The position numbers were made by a program, and so were the translations under genes. DNA of 28,606 nucleotides from a virus (taxonomy: Duplodnaviria > Heunggongvirae > Uroviricota > Caudoviricetes), in the IMG/VR virus record IMGVR_UViG_3300035208_008116, positions 73,539 through 102,144 of that record, one strand, 5' to 3'. Positions 24,132 to 28,606 of this stretch are shown here, piece after piece; positions within the stretch are counted from its first letter, which is position 1; each line of letters begins with the position of its first letter. Under the pieces are notes generated by a model, which saw nothing but the letters and a program-made list of their open reading frames with translations, had not been told where the DNA came from and did no database searches.

Positions 24132-25964
24132 ATGGCGACCGCACCAAAAAACCGAAAAGATATCCCCTATTTTGATGGGGTGAATGCTCTTGTTGCCTCA
24201 AACCTCGCAAAAGTGACGGAATTTTTCCATGCGGAAAATGCTCGAGGAGGAACAATAGGCATAATTGAAAAAAGAGAAGGGAGTACCTTGATAGGAACAG
24301 CTGTTGGTGGAGGAACTTTCACTTGTACTGCCAACTATGGCCTAGTTTTTTTTGAAAATGAAGGTACAAATAATTCTGGCCTTTATCGTTTTTCTAGTTC
24401 TGGAACACCAGCCAAGATTACCTTTTACTACCTTGATTCTTCCTCTGACGCTTGGACCCCTTTAACAGGAGATGGGGCAGGTATCTCACTTGGATCATTT
24501 GATCATGCAATGGCAGAAAGTTGTCTCTTTTTAGTAAATTATGTTGATGATAATCGGTATATCACCAGTGATGGAACAACGGTTAAGACTTCTGCCGATG
24601 CTGACGGCCATTTATTTAATTCCCCCAAGGCAAGCAAAATCTGCGTTTATAAAGACCGATTATATCTTGCTGATTATTATTATGGTACTACCAGGTACAA
24701 GAACACGATCCTTCGATCTTCTTACCCCTTGGGGATAGTTGCCCTTATTAGTGGGGATCCAACAGCGGCGGACCCTACTTCTGATCCATGGACAATTGAT
24801 ATCACTGATAGCCGTTATCTGTACACTGATGAAGGGGCAAATTCTCTAGATGTTTATCGAGGGAATACAAAAATTGCAGTTTTGACTGTTACCTCTATTG
24901 CCGACTCTAGTATTACGGCGACTGTGGCTTTCGAGGCTGGGCAGACACAGCTTCTATCATCAGACGAGATGTGGATAACGGGCACCTATACAGGGGGTAA
25001 GGTCTTTAGATGGATTACGAATCCCACACTTTCAGGAGTGAATGTCAAACAATATGACACAATGAAACTAACGGGGGGAGATGATAGTGAGATAAAAATG
25101 CTAGAAAGTATTGGAAATGTTCTTTTGGCTGCAAATAACAACTCCCTTTCGAGTTGGAATGATTATACTTTAGAAAACTTCGATTTGAACGTAGGATGTG
25201 TTTCAAAGAAGGGGTCTGTTAAATTCCAGGGGTCTCTCTTTTTCCTTCATTATACGGGGGTTTGGGTAACAACGGGGGGGATGCCGAAGCTTCTTTCCGC
25301 CAAAATCGAACCTTATATTTTTGGGGCAACAAAGACGGGGAAGGAAGCGAGTGTCGCTGGAGCGAAAGGGAGGAGTGTCTTTTTTACATTAGGGACGGTT
25401 ACCCTCTATAATCCTGATGGATCAGTGGAAAAAACTCTTTCAAACGTTGTGATTGAATACAATATTACCCAAGAGAATTGGTATATTCATGAAAATGTTA
25501 AAGCGACTGATTTTGCAACCTTTGTTGAGGCCTCTGATTCTGATCGCTTAATGATGACAACAACAAATGATGACATGCCTGTCAGGGAGTTTCTTAGTGG
25601 AGATACCGACGATGGGGAAGAAGTTCATTTCCGAGTAGATACGAATGCAATCACTCTATCTGCTTTTGAAAAGATATGTTATCCTCAGGATATCATTGTT
25701 GAATCTGAGAGAGGGAGTTCGGTTAGGGCTTTCGTCTCGCTGGACAGGGGGCCATGGTATGAGGTAAGCGGGCAAGTTGTCAAAGGTTGTTCAATTTTAA
25801 AAATAAATGGTCGAGATGACGACAAAGGGACAATCGCGAGAGGAAGGACTTTGAGGGTTTCCTTGAGAGATTCTTCTAAGCAACGTTGTCGAATTTTAAG
25901 AATGTCTGTTCGCTTTATTGAAGCTCCTGATGAGGAACAACAAAGAGAGAACGACGAGGTTTAA
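24132..25964 (+). CDS. Tail nozzle/tubular protein B-like (P22 gp10/T7 gp12 class, beta-propeller), 610 aa
   Basis: Follows the adaptor; ATG 24132 preferred over the track start 24099. Propeller-like motifs (CLFLVNY, ICVYKDRLYLA, VGCVS...SLFFLHYTGVW) and a C-terminal beta-sandwich ending GRTLRVSL...RILRMSV. Confidence 0.75.
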   Translation: MATAPKNRKDIPYFDGVNALVASNLAKVTEFFHAENARGGTIGIIEKREGSTLIGTAVGGGTFTCTANYGLVFFENEGTNNSGLYRFSSSGTPAKITFYYLDSSSDAWTPLTGDGAGISLGSFDHAMAESCLFLVNYVDDNRYITSDGTTVKTSADADGHLFNSPKASKICVYKDRLYLADYYYGTTRYKNTILRSSYPLGIVALISGDPTAADPTSDPWTIDITDSRYLYTDEGANSLDVYRGNTKIAVLTVTSIADSSITATVAFEAGQTQLLSSDEMWITGTYTGGKVFRWITNPTLSGVNVKQYDTMKLTGGDDSEIKMLESIGNVLLAANNNSLSSWNDYTLENFDLNVGCVSKKGSVKFQGSLFFLHYTGVWVTTGGMPKLLSAKIEPYIFGATKTGKEASVAGAKGRSVFFTLGTVTLYNPDGSVEKTLSNVVIEYNITQENWYIHENVKATDFATFVEASDSDRLMMTTTNDDMPVREFLSGDTDDGEEVHFRVDTNAITLSAFEKICYPQDIIVESERGSSVRAFVSLDRGPWYEVSGQVVKGCSILKINGRDDDKGTIARGRTLRVSLRDSSKQRCRILRMSVRFIEAPDEEQQRENDEV

Positions 25965-28606
25965 TGGCAGATTTTAATTATTCTACAATCAGTCCAGCTT
26001 ATGATGACCTCTTGAGCCGAGCTGAAACCATCGCCTCAGATCAAACTGGGGGAGCTCCAACGGTGACAAATAATATTTCGTCATCTTCGGCCAGTGTCTC
26101 CAGTGATTCCTCTGGAAGCTCTTCTATCGCGAGTAGTGGGGGGAGTGTAGAAACAACGAGTGTTAAGTCTTCAGGGGCAATTGGTGATATTTGGATTACT
26201 AGTTTTATTAAATCAACGAATTATAAACCAAAGAAACAGGGATTTTTAATTAATGGACCAACAGGGTATATCGAAGCCGCTGAGGTCTGGCTTTCTGGGA
26301 CAATTACTGCCGTCTCCGGGGCTATCGGTGGGTGGGATATTTCTCCTGGAGAATTGTCAAGCGGCAAAGTTAAACTTCAATCTAATTATCAGAGATTTCT
26401 TTTTGGGGATGCCACAAGTTATTCTACAGGAATTGGGATTTTCTTGGGACTAGATGGATCTGATTACAAGTTTCGAGCGGGGGACCCTGACGGGGATTAT
26501 TTAGGGTGGGATGGAACCAATCTTAATATTTCAGGAGCAATTAATGCTACGTCCGGGACAATCGGAGGTTTTGTCATTGAGGCTGATAATATCCATAGTA
26601 CGAACTACGCTAGCGGGGTGACTGGTTCTGGTCTTTACTTGAGTAACAATCTTGTCGAGTGTGGAAACATTGCCACTAGAGGGATGATTCGAACTGCGGT
26701 TTTTCAAAAAGACGTGGTCTCTGCAGTTGGGGGGAACCTGATGGTGATAAACTCCGATATTCTTAATACTGATATGACGGCTTTGGACACCTGTAATCTC
26801 GAGATAGGTGGAACTTCTTCATTCTCCACAAATGACTTTTTAAGGATAAAAGAGGGAGATGATGACGAGTGGTTTCAGGTAACGGGGATTGTTTCAACCG
26901 GTGTTTACTCTGTCACTCGTGATATGGCGGGGGATTATGATGCTGATGACAACCCCCTTTGGAAGAAAGGGGCGACGGTTGTTTCTTATGGCCCTTCTGG
27001 CGCTGGGGTTGTCTATATGACAGCTTCGGAAACAAACGCTCCTTATGTCAGTATTGCTACCCATTCAGGATCTCCTTGGACGACCATGGATACAAAAGTT
27101 CGCTTGGGGAATCTTACAGGAACGACAGATCCTTCGGACGGGAGCTCTTTGACCGGGTACGGCCTTTGGACAGATAATGTTTATCTTTCAGGGGTGATTG
27201 TTGCAAATACTGGGAAAATTGGAGGGGCTTCCGGTTGGTTGATCACGGCAGGAAAGATGTCTTCAGTAGCGAGTGGAAATACAACAGAGATTGCTAGTGG
27301 AGTGGGGAATGTCTTTATTGCAGGGACAACGGGAGCTCCTCAATTTATCGTTACGAGTACTGGGGATCTTACCGCAAGCTCTGCCACAATTAGTGGAAAA
27401 GTTGATGTTAGCGCGACAGGGTATGTAAGAGGGGGGCAAACTGCGTTTAATACAGGAACGGGGTTTTTCTTGGGGTTTGATGATGCTCCAATTATAGACA
27501 TCATTAATGAAGCAGGAAGTGGGGGGGCAGGAGGAACAACGATTTATGGAACAAATTCCGGTATTGGATATCGTTATTATGGCCAGGCGTTTACTTCAAA
27601 TCTTGGAGTAACGAATTATAGCATCTTTAGTATTCGCCTTGATGCTTATCGAGCAACCTCAGGGGGAACAGATCCTATTTCTGTTGATTTTAATTTATAT
27701 TTATCAGATACGACAACTTATCCAATTTCTCCTTCTGGGGCCCCTCTTTTTTCAACAACTATTGATGTAGCTGTTAATTCTGAGGATCAGTATGATGTGG
27801 ACATCAGTTCCGTCACGCTGACGGAAAGAACTTCTTATGTTGTCGTACTCTCCTTCACTTCAGCCGCGGGAAGTTACGACTCTATTGGTATCCCCCTGTT
27901 TCTTGGCCCATGTTCCTATCGGGGTCCCGAAATCCAGTCTCAAGATGGAGGCACTTGGGTATGGGGGCCTGGATCTTCCAAGTTTCAAATTACCCAGATT
28001 GTTTCTGGGTATAAGGTTTCGATTGGGGATCCTACCAAGGGGGTTTTTGCTTATGATGGATTAAAAATTGCGGTTAAAGGGGGGTCATCATTTATTAACA
28101 CAACTTATAGTGGGACTGCGATAGATATCAATACAAATGCCTTATCTTTAAATTACTTTGAGGGAGGAACAGAAATTTTTTATATTAAACCCAAAGTCGC
28201 AACCATAGGTAATAAGGGAGGGACAATGGCTATGGGGTGGAACATTCGGTCAACGAAATCGGAGATTTATTTTAACCGAGACACTTCAACCTCAGAAAAC
28301 ACTGCTGGAATTACCTTTAATCTAAACTGGATGAGCGGAACTACTCCTTTTTACAGAAATTATAGTTTCGGTTCAGATAACAATGGGTTCGTGATTTCTC
28401 AGTCAGGAACATATAGTTGTTCTCTTGGTAGTCAGGTAACACCCTTTGGAAATGCCTATATGACTCAAATCGGAGATAGTTCTACTCCTGTTACAAAAAT
28501 CTATGTTACAACTATCGGGACTCCATCTATGAAGGCTTCAATCTACGGGAACATTGTTGGCTGCCCTCTTCCTATGGTAGAAGATTCTCTCGCCATTCTT
28601 GATCGT
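25964..28606 (+). CDS. Tail fibre/spike protein, partial (at least 881 codons, no stop in window; absent from ORF track)
   Basis: ATG overlaps the upstream TAA. Hand translation stays open to the window end (MADFNYSTISP...CPLPMVEDSLAILDR) with G/T/S-rich fibre repeats (ISGAINATSGTIGGF, LSGVIVANTGKIGG). The final residues may begin an S74-type chaperone domain. Confidence 0.85.
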   Translation, partial: MADFNYSTISPAYDDLLSRAETIASDQTGGAPTVTNNISSSSASVSSDSSGSSSIASSGGSVETTSVKSSGAIGDIWITSFIKSTNYKPKKQGFLINGPTGYIEAAEVWLSGTITAVSGAIGGWDISPGELSSGKVKLQSNYQRFLFGDATSYSTGIGIFLGLDGSDYKFRAGDPDGDYLGWDGTNLNISGAINATSGTIGGFVIEADNIHSTNYASGVTGSGLYLSNNLVECGNIATRGMIRTAVFQKDVVSAVGGNLMVINSDILNTDMTALDTCNLEIGGTSSFSTNDFLRIKEGDDDEWFQVTGIVSTGVYSVTRDMAGDYDADDNPLWKKGATVVSYGPSGAGVVYMTASETNAPYVSIATHSGSPWTTMDTKVRLGNLTGTTDPSDGSSLTGYGLWTDNVYLSGVIVANTGKIGGASGWLITAGKMSSVASGNTTEIASGVGNVFIAGTTGAPQFIVTSTGDLTASSATISGKVDVSATGYVRGGQTAFNTGTGFFLGFDDAPIIDIINEAGSGGAGGTTIYGTNSGIGYRYYGQAFTSNLGVTNYSIFSIRLDAYRATSGGTDPISVDFNLYLSDTTTYPISPSGAPLFSTTIDVAVNSEDQYDVDISSVTLTERTSYVVVLSFTSAAGSYDSIGIPLFLGPCSYRGPEIQSQDGGTWVWGPGSSKFQITQIVSGYKVSIGDPTKGVFAYDGLKIAVKGGSSFINTTYSGTAIDINTNALSLNYFEGGTEIFYIKPKVATIGNKGGTMAMGWNIRSTKSEIYFNRDTSTSENTAGITFNLNWMSGTTPFYRNYSFGSDNNGFVISQSGTYSCSLGSQVTPFGNAYMTQIGDSSTPVTKIYVTTIGTPSMKASIYGNIVGCPLPMVEDSLAILDR

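Noticed and set aside
26253-28064. Short plus-strand track ORFs (26253, 26959, 27837), and similarly 1205, 5289, 6212, 6407, 7600, 9199, 9909, 12093, 12553, 15415, 18826, 22113, 23717, 24541
   Set aside because: Alternative-frame overlaps inside longer, well-supported genes, including the stop-less tail fibre from 25964.
1-28606. Stop-codon reassignment (code 4/25 or 15)
   Set aside because: Long genes are uninterrupted in code 11; both TAA and TAG terminate genes at sensible boundaries, and TGA is merely rare as a stop.
1-28606. CRISPR array, tRNA, integrase or DGR (RT/TR-VR)
   Set aside because: No regularly spaced DNA direct repeats, cloverleaf, recombinase or reverse transcriptase motifs were seen; the repeats are degenerate at DNA level and protein-coding.

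Overview
Late/structural region of a tailed dsDNA phage with podovirus-like (P22/T7-type short tail) architecture; all credible genes are on the + strand in standard code 11. Order: end of a DUF5661-like gene, portal, a post-portal protein, five small basic ORFs, scaffold, major capsid protein, three probable head/accessory proteins, a fibre-like protein with an acidic repeat tail, holin, papain-family (C1A) endolysin with a PG-binding domain, a 156-aa tail-collar-like protein with its own promoter, HNH endonuclease, SAM methyltransferase, GT-A glycosyltransferase, three small ORFs, a giant repeat protein (about 2,700 aa if a -1 break at ~20270 is repaired), head-tail adaptor, nozzle, and a tail fibre running off the window end. 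The least explained part is 7998-22975: a 20-22 aa acidic repeat occurs about 65-70 times in the giant protein, about 7 times in a second fibre and once or twice in three small ORFs, with a ~150-aa module inserted inside repeat units. With the apparently high-copy 156-aa subunit and the MTase/GT pair, this suggests a repeat-templated, modular, possibly glycosylated virion filament (inference). Family names come from motif recognition only; no searches were run.
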